Source: Octopus sinensis (Eukaryota). Taken from it: 64,000 nt of DNA. Position 1 is the first letter of the stretch. Each line of letters begins with the position of its first letter. Under the pieces are notes generated by a model that saw only the letters and a program-made list of their open reading frames with translations, was not told where the DNA came from and did no database searches. Positions 13,701-29,115 of this stretch are shown here, in pieces. Made by a program: the position numbers and the translations under genes. The stretch is from the NCBI RefSeq assembly GCF_006345805.1, contig NC_043014.1, positions 4,278,001 through 4,342,000 of the forward strand. The letters run 5' to 3'.

Positions 13701-16478
13701 TGTTGAAATAAAATGATGATTCGTTTAAATGTGTGTTGTATTCCGTCTTAAAATGAAAACAATCCCCAAATGAAACACCTCCGTACAAATATATCACCCT
13801 TTCATGATCAATCTTCAGAAAACACGATAAAAGCTTATAACTAACATCACTAAATCATGATGGTTTAATAAAAAAATACTCCCATACGTATCATTGTAAC
13901 TACAATCGATGCGATGAAAGCTCTGCAATCCAATCGCGGATATTACCTAATAAAGGATATTTGATATCCACTGAAGAAATACCACAAAATGTTGACTACC
14001 TAACTACTTGTCAGGTTACTAACACATTGAAGTTTTCAAGAAACACTTTCGACAAGGGTACAAGTACACGTCCCACGATGAACTATTTTCAACCTACATT
14101 CACATATTCCCGCTTTTCTACAAAAATCACACACACAGCCTTGCATCACATTACACACGCAGCCTCTCATCGTTCCCTGAAAACTGATGTGCCAAAATAA
14201 AATATGAATCCACCAAGAAATATGAGTACACTTCAGGAACAGCATCAACCGAATCTACAGCAACACCACAAAACATCGAGTTCAACAAATTATCTCCGTC
14301 TGTAACATAAACCTATCAAACTCGCAGAAGAGGAACTTGCTTCGAGATACATGCATACAATAACTGTAACACACATAAACGACTTAGTAAGGAAAGGAAC
14401 ACCACTTATAAAATATACATTAGGTGGAATCAGTGCAACATGTTGAGTCTTTCACACTCTACCCAGCATGATTGCTCCTTGTATGTGGGAGTTTGTAGAA
14501 TGGCTGCCAGATAAACGAAGGTATCCGTGGAAAGAGGGATCTGTGGGTGGCAGCACGTTTTTTGTCCGATTAATTGCGTGCCATAAGAATGCTCAATTGT
14601 GAAAAAGCTAGAGAAAAAGAATAATAATTAAGTAATATGAACGCACGAAATGCAAATTGACAAATGAATATATGGAAACATTCAACATGGCGTTTCCAGT
14701 GAACAGTATTAGCGCTCAGTATTAGGCATAAGCAATGTTTAGGTTCGTTAAAATGTGCTAATGGCATATTTCAAAATCTAAAGGCAAATTGTGTGCAAAA
14801 AGCTGCAAAAACAGCGTATCAGTCCACTGCTGCTCCCTATCGGGTTCCAGTTCAGTCGTTATCAAAAGAAAATACCGAAGAGGGGAATATCCGGACAAAC
14901 TTAAAGCCATAGCTTTAACTAAAACGTAGTCAACAACAACGAGTAAGTGAAGCCATTAGAGCGCCAGGCTGGAGTCTGTCGTGAGTTACCTACCTTCGGT
15001 ATTTCTCTTTGATAAATACTTCGCTAGAGGAGTTGACTTCAACCTTGTGCCCCAACAGTAACTGCGGTCGCTCGTACGAGTACGCATTTTCACGCATACT
15101 TGTGTGTGTGTGTGTTTGTATGTGTGTGTGTGTATGTGTCACTGTGTGTGTGTTAATGTGTGTGTGTGTGTGTGCGCATGTGTCCATGTGTGTGTATGTG
15201 TCTGTGTGTGTGTCAACGTGTGTGTGTGTCAGCGTGTGTGTGTGTCAGTGTGTGTGAGTCACGGTGTGTGGGTCAGTGTGTGTTAGTGTGTGTGTCAGTG
15301 TGTGTGTGTGTGTATATCTGTGTGTATGTGTGTGTGTGTGTCAGTGTATGTGTGTGTGTGTGAATGTGTGTGTGTGTTTCAGTGTGTATGTGTGTTTGAG
15401 TATGTCAGTGTGTGTGTGTGTTTGTGTGTGTGTGAGTGTGTGTGTGTGTGTCAGTGTGTGTGTGTGTGTGTGTGTGTGTATGTCAGTGTGTGTATGTGTG
15501 TCAGCGTGTGTGTGCGTGTGTGTGTGTGTATGTCAGTGTGTGTGTGTGTGTATATCAGTGTGTATGTGTGTGTGTGAATGTGTGTGTGTGAATATGTGTG
15601 TGTGTTTCAGTGTGTATGTGTGTTTGAGTATGTCAGTGTGTATGTGTGTGTGTGTGAGTATGTGTGTGTGTGTGTGTGTCAGTGTGTGTGTGTGTGTGTA
15701 TGTCAGTGTGTGTATGTGTGTCAGCGTGTGTGTGCGTGTGTGTGTGTATATCAGTGTGTGTGTGTGTGTCTGTGTGTGTGTGTATGTCACTGTGTGTGTG
15801 TGTGTCAGTGTGTGTGTGTGTATGTCAGTGTGTGTGTCAGTGTGTGTGTGTGTGTATGTCAGTGTGTGTGTGTGTGTGTGTCAGTGTGTATGTGTGTTTG
15901 TATTTGTGTGTGTGTGTATCGGTGTGTATGTGTGTGTGTGCGTGTGTGTGTGTTTGTCAGTGTGTGTGTGTTTCTCAGTGTCTGTGTGTGTGTTTCTCAG
16001 TGTGTGTGTCAGTGTGTGCGTGTGTGTGTGTGTCGGTGTGTGTGTGTCTTTGTGTCTGTGTATTTGCTGGTTGAACGAAATACTTCCCACACTATATTAA
16101 AACAGCTTCCGAAGAATAACAAATAAAATTAAAATAACAACATTAGTAAATAAAAATATCATAATATATCCAGAAACAGGAATCATTTCACTTTACACGT
16201 GTCTCTCATTCATCGAAATATTTTGCTAAATATTGTGTGACAATATCAAACCATCTCTTTCCAATAATTAAACCTGTCATACAAGTTCACACCCGCTTTT
16301 ACAGTTCCACCAATCGCATTGGTTCATAAATTTACGATAGGGTCTATGCCAGAGCTGGGTTGTTGTGCGCTCAATAAATACGTGGAATTCAGTTACAGGT
16401 CTTCAGCTTAAACCTCGCATCTCGATCTTTTGTTGAAGCCACACGAAGTATCACGTACGACCGACAACTGTCACCAGA

Positions 16479-17066
16479 ATGGATTTCGCACAACTGTCCA
16501 GGAATATTTCGCAGCGTTATTCCATTTCTTCTCTCATAGTTTTTGGGGTTCTTCTCGTTCTGACGATCGTGATTCTTCATCAAGATTCAAGAATAGGAAA
16601 AATGGAAGAGAAATCGAAAACGGTAAGTCATGGATTTTGTGTTAATATGTGTATGACTTTATGTATTTATATATGCATGTATGTATGTATGCATTTACGT
16701 ATGTATGTATTAATATGTGGATGTATGTACGTACGGATGGATGAATGGATGTAAGGATGTATGCATGAATCACTTACATATGTTCCTATGGAGCACACAC
16801 ACACATAAGATCACACACGTAATCACACACGAACACACAGGCGCACACACCTAAATATACATATATATACATATACATATATTTGTATATATAATATACA
16901 TATATATATATATATATAAATATACATATATATGAATATATTAGTGCGTGAACATATATAGATATATATATACAAACAAATATATGCGTGTGTGTATCTA
17001 TCACTGTATATCTCTGTCTATCACTCTCTCTCTCTATTTATCTATCTATATATATATATATATATG

Positions 17067-17106
<40 letters not shown>

Positions 17107-19935
17107 TATATAAATATATTCTTTTACCCGTTTCAGTCATATGACTGCGGCCCATCTAGAGCACTGCGTTTAGTAGGACAAATCGACTTCAGGAATTATT
17201 CTTTGTAAGCCTATTGCTCATTCTATCGGTATTTCTAGCCGAACCGCTATGTAACGGGGACGTAAACACTCCGACATCAGTTAAGAATCGATAGTGGTGC
17301 GATAATATCAGACACATACATAAAACATAGATACATACACACTATGTGTGCTATACACACACACACATACATCCATATATATATATACATATCATATATA
17401 CATACACACATAAATAGTTACGTATGTATGTACATACATATCAATCTATCAATCTATTTATCTACATATCTGTCTATCTGTCTATCTATCTATCTATCGA
17501 TATATATATATGTATATGTATATGTATATATATGTATATATGTATATATACATATACACACATCCCAAGGAAACACAAAGAAGAGTGGAATTGTACTCCT
17601 GTCCGATCGCTCTTTCACCAGACATAATCCTGGAGAGGGAAATAAGTGCGTAATGAAAAAAATCTAATGGTGGGGTTCCAGCATGGCCATGCCCTGTGGC
17701 TGCAACGTTTAGCCCTATTAATATTAGTGTTAAGTATTATATCTAGATGTACACTTACACACACGTACAGAAACAGACACATACAAACACACACACACGC
17801 ACACATAGGAATACGTACATATTTACACACATTTATCTATTTCTCTCCATCAGGAACGGAAGTGAGGCGAGTTTTTTTTAATCTTTTCTTTCCAAATGAA
17901 AATAAAACGTGCGAGTGCCAATGTAGATCGGTGAATTTCGTAATGTTTGACTGTAATTCACGTTGGTTTTTAAATATGACAATATGTAAGAACGAATGTA
18001 AATACATACACACAGACACACGGACAAACACACGCACAAATAAACACAAACACACACACACAAACGCACGCACACAGACACACGTGCTCAATTGTACACG
18101 AAGAATCACACTATACAGTGTATGTCCACTCTCATATATGTGTGCGTTTGTGTGTGTGTATGCGTATAAGTAGATACGTATATTTGTGATATATATGGCG
18201 TGTATGCCTAAGTATATGTGTATACCTATATATTGATATGTATTTATATATGTGTGATGTGTGTGTGTTTGTCTGTGGGTGGAAGTGCAGTGGCCCAGTG
18301 GTTAGGGTAGCGGACTCAAGGTTAGAGGACCATGGTTTCGATTCCCAGACTGGGCGTTGTGTGTGTTTAAAGCACCACGACGCTCAGGGAGCGGGTTGTT
18401 ATGATCACTCTTTCGCTACAAATTCCTCCCTTTCTTCTCTTGACCTGCTCGCTTAGCCAGCGGGGTGGAGTCATTTGAAGGTTAAAACGATGCGAAGCGC
18501 ATTGTGACCAGCGATATGTAGCAACAACTGATAGCCTGGTCTTCAACTGTGATCACAGAGATATATGTATCATACGCACACAATACACGCACACACACTC
18601 GCATCCACACGTACATACACACACACCAGCACGGATGTCCACATATACCTTTAACGACCAATACTCATACAGATACGCACATACTTATACACACATGGGC
18701 ACAGACACACACGCACATACACGTACTTAAGCGCACACACGCACACAAGCACACGCACGCACATTACGCCCCCACAACTTTTAAAAAAACCCTACACACA
18801 CGCAAGCACAAATTCACATACACACCGATACATATACATACACGCAATATATGCCTACACGCGCACACACACATACACATACGTATACACATATAGACAC
18901 AGACACACACACACGCACGCAAAAACATGCGCACACATACGCTCGCACACACGCACACGAATGCACACACCGAAAACTCACAACCCCATGGATACACGTA
19001 TATACACAATTATATACACTTACACACATACAAACGCACACGTACACGCACACACAACTACACGCACATATAAGACGCACGCGCATACATACACACACAC
19101 ACAAATGTACCCACACGTACGTCCCATACACACGGCACACAATTATACATTCATGTATACACACAGACGCACAGTTACTCACCACACAAACTCTACGCAT
19201 ACACACACATACACTCAAACACACTACAAGCAAAACACACACATACACACACACACGTGTCATCATTGCACACATACCCACATACCCACATACACACACA
19301 CGTACACATACACTAAGTAAAGCACAGTTATTCGCCACACAACCTAACTCTACGCCTACTCACACGAACACACACATTCATACACACACACACATTCATA
19401 CACACACACACTACAAACAAAACACACACACGATACATATACATACACACACATACTTCAAACTAGCAGTACCTAATACTTGACCTGTGGTAGAGACAAA
19501 AGTAGCCACGCCCAATTCCTTCTTCTTAACACTACTCGCCCTACAACACGCAAAGATTAACAGCCACACACACTTACACACACACACACGTGTCATCATT
19601 GCACACATACACACATACACACACACGCACACGCAGTCCTCCGCGCCCGCACATATCCACACTTACACACACATTCCTCATCCTCTACCACTCTCCTGTC
19701 TTTGAAAGAACTTTTCTTCACCCATTTCCTTCCGGTCATTCAAAATGTGGCCGCGTGTGTACCTTAGGCGATTTTTTTCCCTCTGTCTTCCCTCCTCTGG
19801 ATCTTTCCTTCTCATAAACGTTAAACCCTCCTTCTTTCCTTCCTCGTCCAATAATACTATATTTGTTCCACATCCTCGCGTTGTTTTTTGTGCTTTCTTG
19901 TATGGATTAAATTTAACTATATATATAAATATGTG

Positions 19936-19983
<48 letters not shown>

Positions 19984-22900
19984 TGCGTGTGTGTGTAGAG
20001 ATATGTGTGTGTATATATGTGTGTGTGTGTGTACTAGCAGACATACCCGGCATTGCTGGGGATTAAAATGGCAAAGTTGGTATATAATATATTGCAGTCA
20101 TTTTGAAACAGGTGATATGGGAAAGTGCAACATTGACAACAAAACATTTGTAGAGTAAATGCTGGGCTAATTCGACTAAGCAACATGCTATGCGTCCTTT
20201 TGGAGTGTCTCAGGCCCTAACCTGTCATGCAAAATTGGAGGTGGGGTTTGTGTGATTTTTGAAGGCACCGAAATGCTGTCAGTGGATATACTCTCCTTTG
20301 CAGCAGTGTGCGCTGTGTCTAACACGACCCATCATCGGAAATTTTGACACCACACGTCAGGTTTGTTGTCCTACATCACTCATAGAGTAAATTTGGAGGA
20401 ACTGTGGTTGTTCATTCGCGGTTACCAGGGAACCAATGAGGTGATAGACTTGCCCTTGATCTTTGACGTCGGCGTAAATTCATGTTTATCTATCTTCTTA
20501 GATTCACCAAACGATGTCATTTGAAATGAAGAATTATATTCTCTGATATTCTTCAGAAAATCGTTTGACTGGATTGAAGCGCCTTCTAGGCGATTCCTAA
20601 GGGGTTGAGAAGGTATTGTTGGCAATGACTCCTGCCCGAATATGTCGTCATCCATTGTATTGTTTTAAGTTCTAAACGATAATAAATACCCTGAAGTTCT
20701 ATTTATATGATGCTATTTCTATTTTTTCACAGAACCGTTTCATCTCCAAGAAATCTCTCGACGATAAACCTGATGACACACCAAGTAAGAACTAATTTTA
20801 TGGCTAAAGTCTTTTACCCGTGACTCATTAACTAATGATTTCTAATTTCACCAACTTTGAATTAGTTCCACATTATTATCCATATGTCCACAATAATATA
20901 TACTAAGACTGAATTTATTTTAAAATATGTTCTACTTTACAATAATTTCCTAAATAAAATGTTACTCTAATATACTATGCCATTTATTGTGTGTATATGA
21001 GTATATCTGCAGTGCTACGTCGAGAATTATTTCGGCCCGCACGGTTCCTCTGAGGGAGCTCTTTGCCGAGTGTCCGAGGCGGCCGGTACGTTCACTGTGA
21101 AAAAATTGGAGTGCTCAGAGCGAGCCCCACCGGCAGCATACGAAAAGCATGGAATACCCTCTTCATCTGAGAATCAAATGCCCGAGCTGGCGCTTCACTG
21201 CGTTTATATCTACAATTCAGCATTCTGTCCACTCTTGTGTTTCCAATCGTTCGTGAATAGAGACCAGAAATAATGATGTTCCACTTTCCTACACAGTGCG
21301 TATTTGTCAATCCTGGTTTGGGGTACTCGTCAGCCAACCAATTCGGTGCACGTTGTTGGTTGCCATCAGTCGAATCAGGTAGCAGGATGCCGTCTACAAA
21401 TAACAGTCGACCGATCACGTAGAAATGAATTTGGATTCCTCTACCATAATGGCTGCGCATATTCAACCAGATCACGGAAAAAAATGTGAGAAGGGGCACT
21501 AACAATGCACACTTCAACTAAGTGAAACCTTCACGTTGCAAACTTTCGACTTTTACATAAATACAATCATTTGAACATCTATATAAGTACTTTATGGCAT
21601 CTAGTTTTTGCCCATTAAACTCACCCTCCAGGTAAACCATCCGCAACATGCCCCAGGGCTCGTGATCATGTGCATTTTCGTGGTTTATAGCGTATTACCC
21701 TAGGACGTATTTCAACGTTTTCTCGAAGATCTATCTCTGACCGACTCTCTGGTCGGGTGTACTCCGTCCAGGGCGGTAATCTTGGGAGCGACAACTTCCC
21801 TACATATCTTTTCCAGATATATAGTGTAGACTTTTCTATAATTAGAACACACTCTTTGGGCTCTGTTTGAAAAAATTATGATTGTCACCCCATATTACCA
21901 TTGCCTTGGTGTTTTTTCCAGGGTTCCCATCCACCTAGCATACATGGGTCACTCAGAGAATACCATCTGTATTTAAGGTTTCTAAAATATCAAGCCGAAC
22001 GTGCTTTTCACCAGCAGCTTTATCACTTTTAAGTGAGTTTATCTCAAATAAGCCTTCAAACGAAGAAGAACCTGCCGAAAAAATAATACAATCACGGATC
22101 CATTTCGAGGTCCAACTTCATTCAGGCGGGTCACTCTCAATTTGGATGCAAAAGTCTCCACAATTTTGTTTCTGATCCCAGCATCCACTGCGGCTGCCAA
22201 CTGTATTCTGTAAGTCGAACTGGACTTACCAATTTCTAGTGTTCGGCACTAGAACATTTAGGTAGTGACGAGTTGATAAATCCACCCGTCCTCTTACACA
22301 AACGTTCAGCAAAGAGTGGAAGATGACCGAACTCTATCAAAAACCTCTGTCACCAAGTATTTCTATACCAGGTACCCTTATAAATATCCCTGTCTTAAAA
22401 TAATACCTATACCATAGAGAGGAGAGTGTGTATCCTACACAGAAGGCTGCTATGACCTCTCCATTAAGTTCACTGACGACATTCCTTCCAATCAATCCTT
22501 CTCACGGTTATCAGTGCCAAGGTGTGCACTGAAGTCTCCTTGCAGGACAAATGACTTTACCCCAAATATATCTAAAGCTGAGGTGAATTTGCTTAGGAAG
22601 GATTTGTATTTGACCCCGCTGTTTGCTGCATATCCTTACAGCAGCCACAGTTGTCCTTTATATTCAGCCTTAGCTTCAAGAGGTGAACCCTCACACCTAG
22701 TAGGTTTCACTTCATAATACAGTCCGAAAGCTGGGGATTGAGAGTATCCTAATCCCACCTGTGCAGACATTGTTGGCACCACAGTTGCGTAGTGGAGTTC
22801 AAAGCCTATATCCAAGTGTACGCTATCGGAAAAAACGAAATTTTGTAGAGGAGACACCGATTATATCTTACAGGTAGATTATATCTAACAATTTTGACGT

Positions 22901-23213
22901 TTTAATTTTCAATTATTAAAGGTTGTTCCCTTCTTGATCTGCTTTGTTGTCCTGAGACCGTCAATATTGTGCTCCCATCAAAAACGGTAAGTCATGGATT
23001 TTGTGTTAACATATATTTATGTCTGTATGCATGTATTTTTTTAGGTATGTATGTGTGCGTGTGTATAAATATGTGTGAGTATGGATTTGTAGATTTGCGG
23101 ATAGAAAGAGAGACAGACAGATAGACAGATAGGTAGGTAGATAAACAGACAGACAGACAGACAGACAGACAGAAAGATAGATAGATAGATGGATAGATAG
23201 ATAGATAGATTGG

Positions 23214-23245
<32 letters not shown>

Positions 23246-23308
23246 CAGATAGACAGACAGGCAGACAGGTAGACAGACAGACAGACTGATAGATAGATAG
23301 ATAGATAT

Positions 23309-23379
<71 letters not shown>

Positions 23380-24001
23380 TAGAAATACCTGTCAATCTAT
23401 TGGGTTGTCCGGAAATTTATTGCCGATATATGGTAGCTTTAATTTCGACTTATTTTAGAACATGGTTGAGTTCATAAAATAGAATTTAACTACACCTCCA
23501 TTTAGAGCGCAGTTTAAGCTATCTTTTCGTGTAAGAAGGTTTATGTTCCTATAACCGGTGTTAATTTTGTAACACTTTAAAATGCAAGATAAGAAAGTTC
23601 ATTTTCGGCACTTGATGCTTTGGGAACCAGACAAAAATTGCTGCAGCTCGGCTGACATGTGTTACTCTATCCCTCCATATTCACCAGATATTGCACCTTC
23701 GGATTTCCACTTATTCAGGCCTCTGCAGAATAGTCTTAATGGTAAAAATTTTAATTCCTTGAATGACGTAAAAAGATACCTCGATGAATTCTTTGCCATG
23801 AAACCACCTCAATTCCGGAAAAGGGTATTTTCAAGTTAAAGGAAAGATGGAGAAGCATAGTGCAACAAAATGGTTCATATTTGGTTTTTAAAAATGCAAT
23901 GGCAAGTATTTATTGGCCCTTTATTTTCCTTTAAAAATCGGCACGAACTTTCCAGGCAACCCAATATAAATACATATATATATATATGTATATATGTATA
24001 C

Positions 24002-24032
<31 letters not shown>

Positions 24033-24072
24033 AACACATACACACAAACATATGTTATATATATGTATAAAC

Positions 24073-24114
<42 letters not shown>

Positions 24115-27100
24115 ACACACACACACATATATATATATAAATTTGTATACACTTACATATATACATCTACATATACAAACTATATTTAAGGAGTGTATAA
24201 CAAGTTTATATAGCACCCGTGTACAAAATATCTAATCCTCATCCCTTTCGTATGCAGTCAATTTATAACCTACTATATATGTTCCCAAATATTTTTCTTG
24301 CAAACATTTGTGATATTCCATTGAACCTCAAATGATATATGAACCTTCGAGCTTCAATCCGGAATATTATTCACCAGTGCTAGAAATACCCGACTCTTCA
24401 GTGATCATGATGGATAACTATACTAAACAATATCAGGGCAATAGAGCTTTGGCATAAATTCAAACTACTTTTAAATATTGCATCATATTGCCTTGACAGT
24501 TTCTCCAAAGGACGCAGTGGAAAAGTCCTACAGCGGATTAGGAGGCCGTACATGAAAGGTTGGCGTCGGGCATTCTTGTACGTCAGCAGAATGCGCAAGT
24601 CTACGTTGCTAGTAATCTTCAAACTACCAGCGATTTTAGATAGCAAAATTAGTCTACTCTTGACAATGAACAGGGATATTAGCTGTTTATGTAATGTGTA
24701 TGCTTTGCCATATACAAGCATGGAATACTGAAATAACAGATTCACAGAAAGGCATGCAGTTCCAGCAAACCTCCAAGATGTAACACGATATAATAGATTT
24801 GGTGGAATGGACAATGTCGACGTCACCCACATCTTCATAACATGCTGTCCGAAAATGTTGTCATATATTGCATTCGTTTTTCAGTTCTAAACGATAATAA
24901 ATACTCTCTATTTTTCCACAGAACCGTGTCATCTCCAAGAAATCTTGCGACGATAAACCTGATGACACCCCAAGTAAGAACTAATTTTATATTGTATAAG
25001 ACAATAACTTTGAAGAAATGTTCAGGAATGAGATTAAATATTATAAAGTATCCAGCTTCCAGTTCTACAGTGTTTAGCCGAAGTCATTCACCCGTGTCTC
25101 CTTAACGATTTATAATTTCACCAAAGTTGAATTGAATCTACATCACTATCCATATTTCTTCAGTAATATATACTAAGACACTAGTCTAAATATCTTTTAA
25201 AATACATTTTTCTTTACAATAATTTCCTTAATAAAATGTTACTCTGTTATACTATGACATTAATTGTGTGTATATGAGTGTGTGTGTGTGTGTGTGTGTG
25301 CGTCGATAAGTGTACCAACCATCGTTCGTCTGAGAATCGAATGCCCTACCTAGCGCATCAATGCGTTAATCTCTAGAATTTAGCAATCTGTTCAGTCTTG
25401 TGCTTCCAATCACTCGTGAATAGATTCCCGAAGTAACGATGTTCCACTTTCCTGCAGAGTGTGTGTTAGTCAACCCTGCCTTGGAGCACTCGGCAGCCAA
25501 CCCATTCAATGCATGTCGGAAGTGAACATGACATGAGTCAGATAGCTACATGTTGTCTGTAAATAGCAGTCGACCGATCCCTTACAGACGAAATGAGATA
25601 CTTCTACTAAAATGGCTGAGCCATGCTCAACCAGATCATAAGAAATGTGAGAAGAAGCACTAACAATGCACTCTTCTATTGAAGTCCAAACTCCACGTTG
25701 AAAACATTCGGCTTTTGCAGAAATTCAAACATTTGGACATCCGGACAAGTATTTTACGCTAAAAAGTATTTGCCCAATAATCTCACCTTCCTGGTAAACC
25801 ATCCGCAACATACCACACGGCATGTAGTGTTATGCCTTTTCGTGGTTTACAGCGTATCCCCATTGGAAATATTTCAACGTTTTCTCGAAGATCTGCCTTC
25901 GAACGATTTTCTGGTAGGGCGTACTGCGTCCAGGACAGTAATCTTGGGGGCGACAACTTCCCTACATATCGTTCCCAGACATGCAGTATAGAACTTTCTA
26001 TAATTAAAGCGTGATTATCACCCCGGATTACCATTGCCTTGGTGTTTTTCTAGAGGTCCCATCTACCTAGCATACACGGGTCACTCAGAGAATGTATATA
26101 ATTTTTTTCAAAATGTCAACCCGAACGTACTTTCTTCAGGAGCTTTATTACTTTAAAGTGATTTTCGTTCAAATAAGTATTCAGTTGAAAAAGAACCGGT
26201 CGAAAACCAGTTCTTTTTCTTATCCCATCACCCATCAACAACATCTAAAAAAAACCTCTGTCACGAAGCATTTCTATTCCAAGTACCCTTAAAACAATAT
26301 CTATATCATACAGAGTCCGTTTCCTGCAAAGAAGGCTAGTATGGACGCCTCATTAAGGTCTTTGACGTCATTCCACCCAATCAATCCTTCTTACGATTAC
26401 CAGTGCCGAAGTGTGCACCGAAGTTTCCTTGTAGGACAAATGACTATACACCAAATATATCCAAAGCTGCATTGACTTTGTTAAAGAAGGATTTGTATTT
26501 GACCTCACTATTGCGTGCACTTACTTCCTTCATTCTGCCTAAGCTTCAGAAGATATCCCTTAATACCTAGTGGGATAGACTCCATAATCCAATCCGAAAG
26601 CCAGGGATTGTGAGCATCCCACTTCCGCCTGTGCTGACATAATTGGTGGCACACCTGCACGGTGGAGTTTCCAACCTACTTCCAAGTGGACGCCTCCGAA
26701 GTAATGAAGCTTTCTTGAGGAGACACCGATTATATATAACAGGCGGCGTCTCGTATCGTCCGGTTTTGACAGTCTAATTCTCAATTATGAACGGTTGATC
26801 CCTTCTGGACCTGCTTCGATGTCCTGGAACACGCATATTTCGTATTCCCTTCCAATGCATCCCAGATTATGTTGGGTGGAGACTGATATATATTTCCCGA
26901 ATGGACACCTCCACTCATGATCCGGACGCAAATGCTGTTATCCGACTCGATGGATGACGCGGTATGGCTATTCCTTCGAGCCCTTTGCATATTGTTGCTA
27001 TGATGGCCTGATTCGCGCCATAAACCAAGCTGATATTTTTAATTGGCCAATCAGGTGCCAAGAATTGATAATATGGCCTACATATCTATAAAAGAAGAAC

Positions 27101-28556
27101 TTTATCATTATTATGGTCACAAATATATATATATACTCACATCCAAGTTCAACTACAAAACAAACATCCGTTCATAAAGGAGCCAAATACACATTCTGAT
27201 ATTCTGAGATTAATCTCTCAATTCGTTGACATCAACGTCAACAACAGGCTCAATAGACAAATGACTAATTTTCTTCGTTTAAAATTTATTCTTAGCGAAT
27301 CATTTACTTCTTTCATTCTGATTTTCATTCATTCACTCATTCTTTTCTCTTAAATTCTAAATTTCTCTCCTCTCTATCAATTCCTTCCAAGCCAACAACT
27401 TCCTTTGTATAGGATTCAAGAATTCTTTCTTTTAAACTAAATTGTTTCATTTTAATTTCACAGAACCTGGTCCTGGATCATTGTATACCCGGTGGGGCAG
27501 AACTACTTGTCCTCCTAACTCAACCCTTGTATATGACGGTTAGTATACTCTGTATTTCTATCCTCTTTTTCTCATTTTGTCTTTCTCTTCTTCTCTTTTT
27601 ATTCCTCTCATTTTCTCTTTCTGTCGCCGCCTCTCTTTCCGTTTCTCACACTCACACGCACGCACACACACTCAAGCAAATCATTTGATGACATATCACG
27701 TTTGTAACGTTACCTGTAGACCCTATAGAGACTGCACAAGACTGCTTACTCCTTTCTAGGTATTTGGTCAAAAAAGAATTTTAAATGTTGTCTACTACGG
27801 ACCAAGGGAATAGGATGTTGTTTAACTACATAATATAGATATCTCTACGATAAATTACAGATAGCGGCTGGACTGGAAACCACCATGGCGATCAAGAATT
27901 TCAGGCTGACCAGCTTTGGATTGTAGATATCAAATACCGAGGCTGCTAACTGGTGATCAAGTGTACTGGCTACGGATGGTGGTATTGTACGTGAGTGATC
28001 TGAGCTGAAAGTGTCCACTTGACTACCATTATCTAGAGTGCCCAATGATCGTAGGTGTGGAATAAATTGAATAGAGTCTATTAGAATTGATGACAGTGAC
28101 TGTAAATGGTTAAAGGAATAAACACACAATGTAAAATGAGGACTGGACAAGCCACATACTGTAAATGATGGAAAAAGCTAAGGACCTTATTCATTAAGTA
28201 AAATAGAGAGAGACTAAATATTAGTGAGAGAACACAACAAAGTACAGAATGCACTTCTATTCTTCTCCGCCTCACCGAAATCGTCCTATCGCTAAAACCT
28301 TGCTCTTTTCATGCACCACATCACCTCATTAATTATCCAGTATATCTTTGTAAGGTAATTCCGAAACTTCCAATTCAAAACTGCTGCTACAAACCGCTTC
28401 CGCAATGAACCTCAAATTCCTTAAAAATGCTCTGAATCTGTTCACTATAAACCCTACACGCATTCTTTATCGGTCGCACACTCCGCCGTTCATTCATTTT
28501 AAGCACTACGCCATCACCTCATCCGCATTACCTCTGGATATCCTTGTTTCTTACTA

Positions 28557-28605
<49 letters not shown>

Positions 28606-28677
28606 GTATAAATGTAGTTGCATGAAACAATCGTACCGCATTACATCTGGATATCCTTGTTGCTAACTGTGAGATGT

Positions 28678-28751
<74 letters not shown>

Positions 28752-29069
28752 ATATATACACACATACACACACACATACACATATATATATATATATATA
28801 TTATATTAAACTTGAGATAAATCGACTATTAGGCATATTAAACAGTGAAACACATAAGTCAATACATAAAATTAATTTTAAATAAATATTATTTGAAATT
28901 ATTTTGAATTAATTTTATGTATTGGCTTATGTTTTTCACTGTTTGATTTGCTTAATAGTGGTTTTATCTCTAATTTAATACAGTATAATATAATATATTT
29001 ATACTATAAAATTGGATTTAATCCTAAATCTCATCTTTCCCTGTTTGTTTGGATTTATTCCCTAATATT

Positions 29070-29115
<46 letters not shown>

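Noticed and set aside
24398-24838. 146-aa minus-strand ORF
   Set aside because: No recognisable domain. The opposite strand shows weak resemblance to an RTE RT C-terminus, too degenerate to call.
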